NCBI GenBank assembly: GCA_039028615.1
Contig: JBCCHT010000003.1
Location: 64,001-128,000, forward strand
Reading direction: 5' to 3'
DNA from: Myxococcota bacterium
Lineage (GTDB): Bacteria; Myxococcota_A; Polyangia; Nannocystales; Nannocystaceae
DNA length: 64,000 nucleotides
The first letter of the stretch is position 1. Each line of letters begins with the position of its first letter. This document shows positions 28,210-37,900 of the stretch, piece after piece. Below the pieces are notes generated by a model, which was not told the origin of the DNA, did not search any database, and worked only from the letters and a program-made list of their open reading frames with translations. Position numbers and translations under genes: made by a program.

Positions 28210-28637
28210 CACTAAGTCCAATTCCGTGAGGGGTTTTGCGAGCTACCGTCGTGCAACCGCAACGGACACGACGGATCCGCCTACCGACTTCAACCTCACC
28301 ACGATAGCAGTCGGGACGAAGCCGCTCCAGGTGGGTCCATGCCCGCCGAGGCCGTGCTCGGGTGCGATCGAACATGACGGAGATGTCGCGGCCAAGCTCG
28401 CCGAAAGTGCCGGTGTTTGCGCGATAACGATGTTTTTACCCAGTAAAGTGCGTTGGCGTAGAACGATTTGGGGTGTCACACGTGTCACGGCTCGACCCAT
28501 GAGGTCGCTGTCTTCACGCATTGGTTCGAGGTCCGTGCCCGGAGGGCCTCGATCGTTTCGGTTTGGGACGCGGCGGCGATCGAGCTGTCGTTTGCTGCGA
28601 GCCTGATCGATCCTGCTTTTCGAAAGAGACCACCCCG

Positions 28638-30776
28638 ATGTCCCACTCCTGGATTCGCCCCACTTCGCTCATCGTCTCTCTGTTCTGGCTGGCGACGACC
28701 CCAGCCTGTGGCACGAGCGCTGCGAGTGAGAGCAAGCCGCTCCAGGCTCCGGTCGCGGCCGCGCAGGTCGCCGCGGAGCCGCCTCCCCACGTGTTCACGC
28801 CGCGGTCTCATCCCGCGCGCGTGCACAGCCTGCCGCCGTCGCCTCAGCTGGCCAGCTTGCCGCCGCTCGTCGATCGGTCGGCGACGTGCTTCGGGTGGCA
28901 CGTCGAGGAGGAGCGGCAGGTGATGCCGACCTCCACCAACACGCGGAGGACCAAGAAGGGCAAGAAGAAGAAAAAGCGGGCCCCGGGTCACGTGCCCTAT
29001 AGCGGCGGCGGATCGGGAGCCAAGAAGAAGGACTCGAAAGGGCGTCGTCGCAAAGAGGCGAGGGCGCGTGGATCGGGCGGAGTACCCGGAGGCGTTCCGG
29101 GCGGCGTCGCCGGGGGCGTGGTCGGTGGAGTCTTGGGCGGCACGGTGGGGGGCAAGGCCAGCGGCAGCGGTGCATCCTCGAAACCGAGGCCGAAGCCCCA
29201 ACCCAAGCCCGAGTCGAAACCCCGCCCGCAGCCCGAGCCGGAGCCCGCACCCGCCATGCCATCGGCGTCTGCTCCGGTCGACGCCAACCGCGACACCCGG
29301 GCCTACGAGTACAACGACACCGACGAGTCCGCGCCCGCGATCGCCAGCGATCCCCACCACGGCTACGAGGACTGGGGCTCGGCCATCTACCTGAGCAACG
29401 ACGACACCATGAGCCTGTCGTCGGCGCAGCGGGTGATCTACGCGATCGACCACTTCCTCCCGCTGCCCTCCGAGCACATTCGGCCCCACGAGCTGCTCAA
29501 CTACTTCTCGTTTCACACCGAGCCGGTGGCCGACACGGACGATTTTTCCGTGCACGCCTCCATCGCGCCCGACCTGCACGACGAGGGCATCTACAGCCTC
29601 GCCATGGCCGTCCGCGGGCGCCCTCTGGGCATCGAGCAGCGGCGCAACGCCAACCTCTCGCTGGTGATCGATCGCTCGGGCTCGATGTCGGCCGAGGGCC
29701 GCATGGAGTACCTCAAGCGCGGGCTCAAGCAGCTCACCGGTCAGCTCAAGAAGGGCGACATGATCCACCTGGCGCTGTTCGATCACAGCGTCTGCGTGCC
29801 GGTGAAGAACTTCGTCGTCGGCCGCGATCCCCAGTCGGTGCTCGACAAGGCCATCGACTCGCTGCAGCCGCGGGGCTCCACCAACCTGCACTCCGGCCTC
29901 CAAGAGGGCTACCAGATCGCCGACCAGGCCTATCAGCCCGAGTACACCAACCGGGTGGTGATGATCACCGACGCCATCGCCAACACCGGGGTGACCGACG
30001 AGCGGCTGCTGTCCACCGTCTCGCGCTACTATGACAAGCGGCAGATCCGGCTCAGCGGGGTCGGGGTGGGGCGGGACTTCAACGACTCGCTGCTCGACAA
30101 GCTCACCGAAGAGGGCAAGGGCGCCTACGTGTTCTTGGGCTCCGAGGCCGAGGTCGACGCCGTGTTCGGGGCCCGCTTCACCTCGCTCATCGAGACCACC
30201 GCGCTCGACGTGCACTTCCAGCTGCACCTGCCGCCCTCGCTGCGGATGAACACCTTCTACGGCGAGGAGAGCTCGACCATCAAAGAAGACGTGCAGGCGA
30301 TTCACTACTTCGCCAACACCTCGCAGCTGTTCCTCTCCGATCTCATGGCGAAGAACGCCGCCTTGCGTGCGCAGGACTCGGTGATGCTCACCATCGAGTA
30401 CGAAGACCCGGAGTCGGGCGACGAGAAGATCGAGGAGGTCGCGTTCAACCTCGGCGAGATCAGCCAAGACGTCCGCAACGTCCGCAAGGGGCGGCTCATC
30501 ATGCACTTCGTCGACGGGCTGGCGTGGATGGCCGCGCGGCCCCGGCCGACGCGGTGGAACAACCACGCGGGCTCGTGGGATGACGCCGATGCGGTCGAGG
30601 CCTGTGATGCCGGTCGCGCCGAGCTGAACACGCTCGCCGAAGGCATCGGTGACGATCCCGAGGTGCAGCGCGTGCAAGGCCTGTGGGAGTCGTATTGCTC
30701 GCGCTTCTCGAGGCCGCGTCGTCCGGTGAAGCGAGCCCCGCCCGAGGACACGTGGCCCTCGGCTTCGGGCCAGTAG
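28638..30776 (+). CDS. VWA-domain lipoprotein (YfbK-like)
   Basis: IRPHELLNYF; MIDAS DRSGSM, GSTNL, ITDAIAN; low-complexity N-region. Confidence 0.9.
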   Translation: MSHSWIRPTSLIVSLFWLATTPACGTSAASESKPLQAPVAAAQVAAEPPPHVFTPRSHPARVHSLPPSPQLASLPPLVDRSATCFGWHVEEERQVMPTSTNTRRTKKGKKKKKRAPGHVPYSGGGSGAKKKDSKGRRRKEARARGSGGVPGGVPGGVAGGVVGGVLGGTVGGKASGSGASSKPRPKPQPKPESKPRPQPEPEPAPAMPSASAPVDANRDTRAYEYNDTDESAPAIASDPHHGYEDWGSAIYLSNDDTMSLSSAQRVIYAIDHFLPLPSEHIRPHELLNYFSFHTEPVADTDDFSVHASIAPDLHDEGIYSLAMAVRGRPLGIEQRRNANLSLVIDRSGSMSAEGRMEYLKRGLKQLTGQLKKGDMIHLALFDHSVCVPVKNFVVGRDPQSVLDKAIDSLQPRGSTNLHSGLQEGYQIADQAYQPEYTNRVVMITDAIANTGVTDERLLSTVSRYYDKRQIRLSGVGVGRDFNDSLLDKLTEEGKGAYVFLGSEAEVDAVFGARFTSLIETTALDVHFQLHLPPSLRMNTFYGEESSTIKEDVQAIHYFANTSQLFLSDLMAKNAALRAQDSVMLTIEYEDPESGDEKIEEVAFNLGEISQDVRNVRKGRLIMHFVDGLAWMAARPRPTRWNNHAGSWDDADAVEACDAGRAELNTLAEGIGDDPEVQRVQGLWESYCSRFSRPRRPVKRAPPEDTWPSASGQ

Positions 30777-31099
30777 GCGCGTAGGCGCATCCCTTGCTCA
30801 TCGCGTTTTCGAGCGCCATGGGCACACCCTTCCGTCGCCGGGGATCCGTCCCTGGCGACAGTCGTTTCGAATCGTGCGCGTTCGGCGAGGCCAAACCGGC
30901 CGATCGGCTCCTGGAGGCCGTTTTCCGCCGTGGCGCGGCAAAAACGGGAGCTGGAGCACAATCGGTCGTCCGAAAGATTTCGTCGCGCCCGTAACCGTAC
31001 CGCGGCCCACGAATACTTCCGGCCATGAGCCTCGGACCCACTCTGCCGCCGTTGGATGTTTGCCCCGACTTCGCCGTGTCCGTGAGCAAGGGAGCTGCC

Positions 31100-31660
31100 A
31101 TGCCGAAAGAGCCGGTCTTCGACGACCACGACTTGCTGGTCGAAGCCATCGATCACGATCACATCCAGGGAGGCCTCTTCGACGTCTACCTCATGGTCTG
31201 GGCGGGACACGTCACCGAGGCCGCGGTCGAGTCGTTGGACGTCGGGCTTCGCCTCGCGACGGAGCGCGGCTCGGGCAGCGTCATGCTGCTCGGCGTCATC
31301 TTGCCCGGCGCGCCCATGACCATGTCTCGCGAGGCTCGCGACAAGCTGTCCGCGGTGCTGAGCAAGCACGCGGGCTCGCTGCGGGGCATCGCGATGGTCA
31401 GCGGCGGCGACACGAGCATCACCCGATGGCTGCGGAGCGGGCTGGTGTCCTCCATCGCGGTGGCGGCCAGCGGCGTCGAGCTGCGTGGCTTCGGCGACGT
31501 CGACGAGGCGCTCGTGTGGACCAGCGACCGTGCTCAAGACGTGGCGGCGACCCCCGATCGCCTCAAGGTCTCGCTCGAGGATTTCCGCGACCGTCTCGAC
31601 CGCGCCCGCAACCCCGAGGCCCCGCACGCGCGCCGCGAGACGATCATGCTTTGCTGCTGA
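31100..31660 (+). CDS. Hypothetical protein (myxobacterial STAS/SEC14-like)
   Basis: GGAG SD before ATG; alpha/beta pattern ending FGDVDEALVW. Confidence 0.65.
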   Translation: MPKEPVFDDHDLLVEAIDHDHIQGGLFDVYLMVWAGHVTEAAVESLDVGLRLATERGSGSVMLLGVILPGAPMTMSREARDKLSAVLSKHAGSLRGIAMVSGGDTSITRWLRSGLVSSIAVAASGVELRGFGDVDEALVWTSDRAQDVAATPDRLKVSLEDFRDRLDRARNPEAPHARRETIMLCC

Positions 31661-32672
31661 GCGGCTGCGTCGACCAGCACCCCAGTCGATGACCCGAAGC
31701 GTCGTCGCGGCCCAGACCGAGGTTCAGGGTGGCCGCCACGACGCTTTGCTTTTGTCGAGCGTCCTGCGCGTCCTGGGCCCGCATGTTGGGTCGTTTGTTG
31801 AGCTCGAGCAGCCAGGCCCGGTCCTGGTCGTCGAACACGAAGTCGACCCCGAAGAGCTGAAAGCAGCGGTGGGCGTGGAGCCGGCCGGCATCCAGGCGCG
31901 CCGCAGTGGCGGCGAGGGCCAGGGACGACGCCTCGATCATGCTGCGCTCGAGCGCGTCGGGATCGGCCCCCGTCGCCGCGAGGAGGGTGCGGCGTAGGCC
32001 GGGGAGATCTCGGGGGGCGTCTGCCGGCCCGGTCCAGCCATCTTGGGTGGTGGTGACCAGGGTCGAGCGCGAGGTGTCGTCGTCCCGCCAGGGATCTCGC
32101 GCGTAGACGCACTTGCCCGCGTGCAGCAGGTAGCCGTGGACTTCGTGGTGCCGAGCCACCACGACCAGGTAGCGGCGCAGGTGCATGCGGTGCCCGTGGA
32201 CGAGCCGCAGTCGCGGGACCGGGCGCTGAAGCAGGGTGAAGCCCTGCTCCGCGGCGCTGTGCAGATCGAAGGGGACGGTCGGCACGCGGATGCCCCGTCG
32301 TGCCTGGCGCGTCGGGTGCTTGAGGAACCACGACGAGCCCGCGCTCGCCTGGGCCTCGAAGCGGGCCCGGTCCGAGGGCAGATCGATCAAGAACGTCTCG
32401 GGCATGATCGTGGCCGCGCGTGCCCGCCCCAGGTGCGTGCACAGGCGAGCCCACAGGATGCGCTTGGACGCCAGCGCGTCCGCGCCCGGTACCGCTCCGA
32501 TGACGACGCCCGGCCGCGGCTTCAGGGCCCGCAGCTCGGACGATTGTCCCTTGCCCGAACGAAGAAGCACGAGGTCCGCAGCATCCGCTGCGGCCTCGTG
32601 CAGGTTTGCGTCGGCGAGCGCACGGAGCCAGGTCGACGTCAGCTCGCTCGACGCGTAGTAGGTCGCGGTCGT
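31644..32672 (-). CDS. Tubulin-tyrosine ligase (TTL/TTLL) family ATP-grasp protein; start ACG 32672 or GTG 32570
   Basis: PGADALASKRILW, IMPETFLI, WFLKHP...GI, LLQRPV, GHRMHLRRYLVV, CFQLFGVDFVFD...WLLELNKRP. Confidence 0.85.
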   Translation of the reverse strand, partial: TTATYYASSELTSTWLRALADANLHEAAADAADLVLLRSGKGQSSELRALKPRPGVVIGAVPGADALASKRILWARLCTHLGRARAATIMPETFLIDLPSDRARFEAQASAGSSWFLKHPTRQARRGIRVPTVPFDLHSAAEQGFTLLQRPVPRLRLVHGHRMHLRRYLVVVARHHEVHGYLLHAGKCVYARDPWRDDDTSRSTLVTTTQDGWTGPADAPRDLPGLRRTLLAATGADPDALERSMIEASSLALAATAARLDAGRLHAHRCFQLFGVDFVFDDQDRAWLLELNKRPNMRAQDAQDARQKQSVVAATLNLGLGRDDASGHRLGCWSTQPLSSKA

Positions 32673-32675
32673 GGC

Positions 32676-33731
32676 CTACTCCTCGATGTCCTCCTCGCCC
32701 TCGACATCCGCACTCTCGGCCCCGACCTCCTCATAGTCGAAGTCCTCGGGCGGCGGAGGTGCCGTGTCGGGCACGAAGTCGGGCGGAGGGGGAGCGGGCG
32801 GCGGAGGTGCCGAGTCGGGCACGAAGTCGGGCGGCGGATCGGTCGGCAGATCCGGTACGTCGGGAATGTCCGGCAGCAGCAGCTCCCAGTACATCCACTG
32901 GGTGGGGAACTGCACTTCCACGTGCATGGGCTGGCAGGGCTGCAGCTCGATGTCCCCGTCCTCCGGGTAGCGGTGCTCGGTCTGCGTGGCGGCATCCCAG
33001 GCGCGAATGCGGGTGGCTCCGGCCAAGGCATGGAGTTCGCTGGCCATGATGGTGCCCGTCTGCAGGGGCAGGGTGACGAGGTTGTCGCCCGGCTCGAGCA
33101 TGATCGCCATCGACTCCACCGAGGCGACCGAGCCCACCATCGAGTAGGACGACGGGTTTACCGGTACGCCCGACTGGTGCTGGACCGCCACCACTTGGCC
33201 CGGCGAAAAGGGCAGGTTCGACCACGTCTGCCACGGCCGATGTCCACTGAAGCTCTGCGAGAAGGGATTCCACGTCCACGCGGACAGGACGTTGGAGTCC
33301 ATGTCGGCGAACAGCTCGGCCGTGTTCGCGATCTGGGCGTCGAGACACAGACCAACCTTCGTGAACCCCGGGAACAGCGGGGTCGGGACCACGGCCGCGG
33401 TGGCCGAGCCGAGGTTGGGGTATGTGACGGGCGCGACCGTGTAGAACCGAGTCGTGCCGTTGTTGGCACCCTGATCGATGAAGATTCCATCATCTGTCTC
33501 CGCGATGAGGGTCGAGTCGTCGCCGCCGGGCACCGCGTTGGGGCTGTCGCTCACCCACACGGCGTCCAGATCTCCGGGAGTCGGAGTCCAGGTGAGGACG
33601 ATGTTCGTGCCGTCCTTGCTGATGTCGACGGTCTCTCCCGGGTCGATCGCGTGCGCGTTCGTTCCGTACGAGTACGCGCACAAAGCGCAAGCCGCGGCGA
33701 TCCCCAAAGGCGCCCAACGATTCGATTCCAT
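32676..33731 (-). CDS. Secreted beta-rich protein with Pro-rich stalk and alpha-tubulin-like acidic C-terminal tail
   Basis: Signal peptide ending AHA; FN3-like IVLTW...FYTV; [8 protein letters not shown] repeats; ends [20 protein letters not shown]. Confidence 0.85.
   Translation of the reverse strand: [351 protein letters not shown]
32747..32834. repeat. 40-nt direct repeat, 48-nt period, encoding PPDFVPD(S/T)APPPP
   Basis: 32747-32786 vs 32795-32834, one mismatch. Confidence 0.85.
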
Positions 33732-33800
33732 TACGTTCTCCCCCAAACAGGCCCAATCATCCGGGCCTCCACACTGGGCACCCTAACGGTCCAGTTCTGC

Positions 33801-33840
33801 ATTGAATGTATTTTGAATTACATTTAATACCATAAATAAC
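33801..33840. promoter_or_regulatory. AT-rich divergent promoter region with inverted repeat
   Basis: attgaatgtattt-tg-aattacatttaat (11 of 13 paired). Confidence 0.55.
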
Positions 33841-34041
33841 GTGTGCTTTCCCGTCATGAGTTTCTCGACAGGGACCCCCTTACAAGCGCGTGAACGCGAT
33901 TTCCCGAGTCGGGTGCGAGGCGCTGGGGCGCTCGACCGCATCGGTCGATGAAAGCCGTGCGAGAGCGACAGGGTCTCTGCTCTCACGTCGGTGCACGAGC
34001 GCCGCAGAAACTGACACGGGCCGACTCGGGTCGAAGCCGCG

Positions 34042-34929
34042 ATGTCCGAAAAGAGTGCCGAACTCGTCATCGAAGGCTTGTCCAAGACCTATCCCGGTGG
34101 AGTTCGGGCATTGCGTGGCGTCGACCTTCGCATCGCCCCCGGGATGTTCGGCCTGCTGGGTCCCAATGGCGCGGGCAAGTCCTCGCTCATGCGCACCATC
34201 GCCACGCTGCAAGAGCCCGACGAAGGCAGCATTCGCCTCGGTGAGCTCGACGTCTTGCGCGACAAAGATGCGGTCCGGGCGGTGCTCGGCTACCTGCCGC
34301 AGGACTTCGGGGTCTATCCCCATCTCGATGCGCTGTCCTTGCTCGATCACTTCGCCGTGCTCAAGGGCATCACCGCTCGCGGTCAACGAAAAGACGTCGT
34401 CGAGGCCCTGCTCAACCGGGTCAACCTCTGGGACAAGCGCAAGCAGAAGCTCGGTGGGTTTTCGGGGGGCATGCGCCAGCGCTTCGGCATCGCCCAGGCG
34501 CTGCTGGGCGATCCACGGCTGATCATCGTCGATGAGCCGACGGCGGGCCTCGACCCCCAAGAGCGCAGCCGGTTCCTGAACCTGCTGTCGGAGATCGGCG
34601 AGCACGTGGTCGTCCTGCTCTCGACCCACATCGTCGAGGACGTCGCCGACCTGTGCCTGCAGATGGCCATCATCGCAGGCGGGCAGGTGCTGCGCACGGG
34701 CCAGCCGCTCGCGGCCATCGACGAGCTCCGCGGGTGCACCTGGAAGAAGGTCATCACCAAGGACGAGCTGCCCGAGCACCGCGAGGAACATATGGTCATC
34801 TCCACCCGCCTGGTGGGCGGCCGCACCGTCATTCACGTCTTTGCCGAGGACGATCCGGGCGGGCAGTTCGCCGCCGTCGACCCCGTGCTCGAAGACGTCT
34901 ACTTCACCACCTTGGCCCACGCCGCGTAG
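34042..34929 (+). CDS. ABC transporter ATP-binding protein
   Basis: GPNGAGKS, FSGGMRQR, IIVDEPT, STH. Confidence 0.97.
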   Translation: MSEKSAELVIEGLSKTYPGGVRALRGVDLRIAPGMFGLLGPNGAGKSSLMRTIATLQEPDEGSIRLGELDVLRDKDAVRAVLGYLPQDFGVYPHLDALSLLDHFAVLKGITARGQRKDVVEALLNRVNLWDKRKQKLGGFSGGMRQRFGIAQALLGDPRLIIVDEPTAGLDPQERSRFLNLLSEIGEHVVVLLSTHIVEDVADLCLQMAIIAGGQVLRTGQPLAAIDELRGCTWKKVITKDELPEHREEHMVISTRLVGGRTVIHVFAEDDPGGQFAAVDPVLEDVYFTTLAHAA

Positions 34930-34941
34930 GGGACTTCGTTC

Positions 34942-37900
34942 ATGTTCCTCTCGTTTCTCAGTTTCGAGCTGCGGTACCGGCTGCGGCAACCCGCGGTCTA
35001 TATCTTCTCCGTCGTCTTCGCCCTGCTCACGTTCGCCGCGATCACCTCCGACGCGGTGGTCATCGGCGGCGGCGTGGGCCAGACGGCCATCAACTCGCCC
35101 TTCGTGATCACCCAGATGCTGGGGATCATGAGCGCGGTCTCGGTCATCCTCGTCACCGCCTTCGTCTCGACTGCGCTCACCCGCGACTTCGAACTGGGCA
35201 CCGACGCCCTGTTCTTCACCAAGCCGATCCGCAAGTTCGACCTGCTCGCGGGGCGCTTCGTGGGCGCGGTGCTGGTGGCCGGCATCGTGATGGTGGCCGC
35301 GGCGTTCGGGCTGATGGTGGGCTCGTTCATGCCCTGGCTCGACCCCGAGCGCTTGGTCGGGTTCTCGCTGGCGCCCTACCTGATGGCGCTTTCCGTATTC
35401 GTGCTCCCCAACTTGCTGGTGATGGGGTCGTTCTTCTTTTCCATCGCCACCCTCACCCGCCGGGTGCTGCCCGCCTATGTCGGCGTGATCGCGTTCTTCG
35501 TGATCTTCTCCGTCGCCGACTCGTTCATCTCCGATCTCGACAACGACCTCGTTGCGGCGCTGGTCGATCCCTTCGGCCTGGCCTCCCTGCAGATCTCCAC
35601 CCGCTACTGGACGGTCGCCGAGCGCAACGGCTCGCTGGTGCCGCTGACGGGGGCGCTGTGGCTCAACCGGGCGGTGTGGCTCGCCCTGGCCGCGGCCTGC
35701 TTCGCCTTCACCGTGCGGCGCTTCTCCTTTGCCGCGCGGGCACGCAAGCCCAAGAAGGCGGGGGCGCAGGCCGAGGCCTCGCGCACCGAAGCCCCGCTGG
35801 TGGTGGTGCGCCCGAACATCACGTCCAGCACCGCGCTGCACCAGCTATGGCATCAGCTGCGGGTCGAGCTGGGCACGGTGCTCCGCGGCAAGGCGTTCAT
35901 CGTCATCACGCTGTTCGGGGTGCTCAACGTGGTCGGCGGCGCGCTGGGGACCATCGACGAGGTCTTCGGCACGCCCATCCTGCCCGTCACCCACCTCATG
36001 GTGCGGGTCATCGATCAGGTCTCAGCGCTCTTCGTCATCATCGTCATCACCTTCTATGCGGGTGAGCTGGTGCATCGCGAGCGCCAGGTCGGCCTGCACG
36101 AGGTCCACGACGCCCTCCCCATGCCGGGCTGGGTCCCGCTGCTGGGCAAGCTCGGCGCGCTCACGGTGGCCGTGTTCTCGCTGCTGGTCATCGCCTCGAT
36201 GTCCGGGGTGATGATCCAGCTCTCGCAGGGCTACACCCACGTGGAGCTGCCGCTGTACGCCAAGGGGCTGTGGGGGCTGTCGCTGTCCCGCTGGGTGCTG
36301 ATCTGCGTGCTCGCCATGTTCTTCCAGGTCTTGGTCAACCACAAGTACCTGGGCTTCATGTTGATGCTGCTGTTTTACGTCTCGCAGGCGGCCCTGCCCG
36401 CGCTCGACCTGAACCACGGCTTGTATCGCTTCGGGTGGGCCCCCGGCACGCCCTACTCCGACATGAACGGCTACGGGCACTTCTTCTCGCCCGCCATGTG
36501 GTACCGCCTGTACTGGTCGGCCTTCGCGGTGGGCCTGTTGCTGGTGGCCAACCTGTTTTGGGTGCGAGGCACCGACAACCGCTTCCGCCTGCGCCTGCGC
36601 GAGGCCCGGCGTCGCACCTCGGGGCGCCAGACGGCCATGCTCGCGGTGGTGGCCGGCGTGGTCTTCGGCACCGGGGCCTTCATCTTTCACAACACGACGG
36701 TCCTCAACGAGTTCCTCACCCAGGACGACCAGCAAGCGGCGCAGGTGCGCTACGAGCAGACCTACCGCGACGAGTGGTACGGCGCGGTGCAGCCCCGGGT
36801 GACCGCGGCCGACCTCGACGTCGACATCTTCCCGCATCGGCGCGAGGTGAACATCGGCGGCACGATCACCCTGGTCAACAAGGCCGACACCCCCATCGAA
36901 AAGCTCTTCGTCACCGTCGACACCGATCTCGACGTGAAGTCGCTCGGCTTGCCCGACGAGGCGCTGCTCGAGCACGACAAAGAACTGGGCATCCGCATCT
37001 ATCGGCTCGAGCCGGCCATGGCCCCCGGGGCCACGCTGGAGTTCCCCTTCGCGCTGCACTTCTCCGAGCCGGGCTTCAAGAACAACGGCTCGAATACCGG
37101 GGTCGTCGAAAACGGCACCTTCTTCAATAGCGGCTGGGTGCCGCACTTCGGCTACGACAAGAACGTCGAGCTGCAAGATCCCAACGAGCGGCGCAAGCGA
37201 GACCTGCCCGAGCGCGAGCGGGCGCGACCCCCCACCGACATGGAGGCGCGCGCCAACACCTACCTCACCGCCGAGGGCGACTGGATCGACTTCGCCGCCA
37301 CCGTCAGCACCTCGTCCGACCAGATCGCGCTGGCGCCGGGCTACCTGACCAAGGAGTGGGAGGAGGGCGATCGGCACTACTTCCGCTACGAGATGGACGC
37401 GCCGATCCTCGACTTCTACGCGTTCCTGTCTGCCGACTACGTGGTGGCCCGCGACTCGTGGAACGACGTGGCGATCGAGGTCTACCACCATCACTCCCAC
37501 GGGATGAACGTGGCGCGGATGATCGACGCGGTGAAGAAGTCACTCGACTACTACACGACCAACTTCAGCCCCTACCAGCATCGCCAGGTTCGGATCGTCG
37601 AGTTCCCGCGCTACGCCAGCTTCGCCCAGTCCTTCCCCAACACCATCCCCTACTCGGAGAGCATCGGCTTCATCGCCGATCTCAGCGACGAGGAGCGGAT
37701 CGACTATGTGTTCTACGTGACCGCCCACGAGGTCGCCCACCAGTGGTGGGCTCACCAGGTGATCGGCGGTGACGTGCAGGGCGGCACCATGCTCTCGGAG
37801 ACCTTGTCGCAGTACTCGGCGCTCATGGTCATGGAAAAGGAGTATGGGCGCACCAAGATCGGCAAGTTCCTGAAGTACGAGCTCGACAACTACCTCGAGG

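Noticed and set aside
32676..33731. Bacterial tubulin (BtubA/FtsZ) or eukaryotic contamination
   Set aside because: No GGGTGSG GTPase motif, has a signal peptide, flanks are bacterial; only the last 20 aa resemble tubulin
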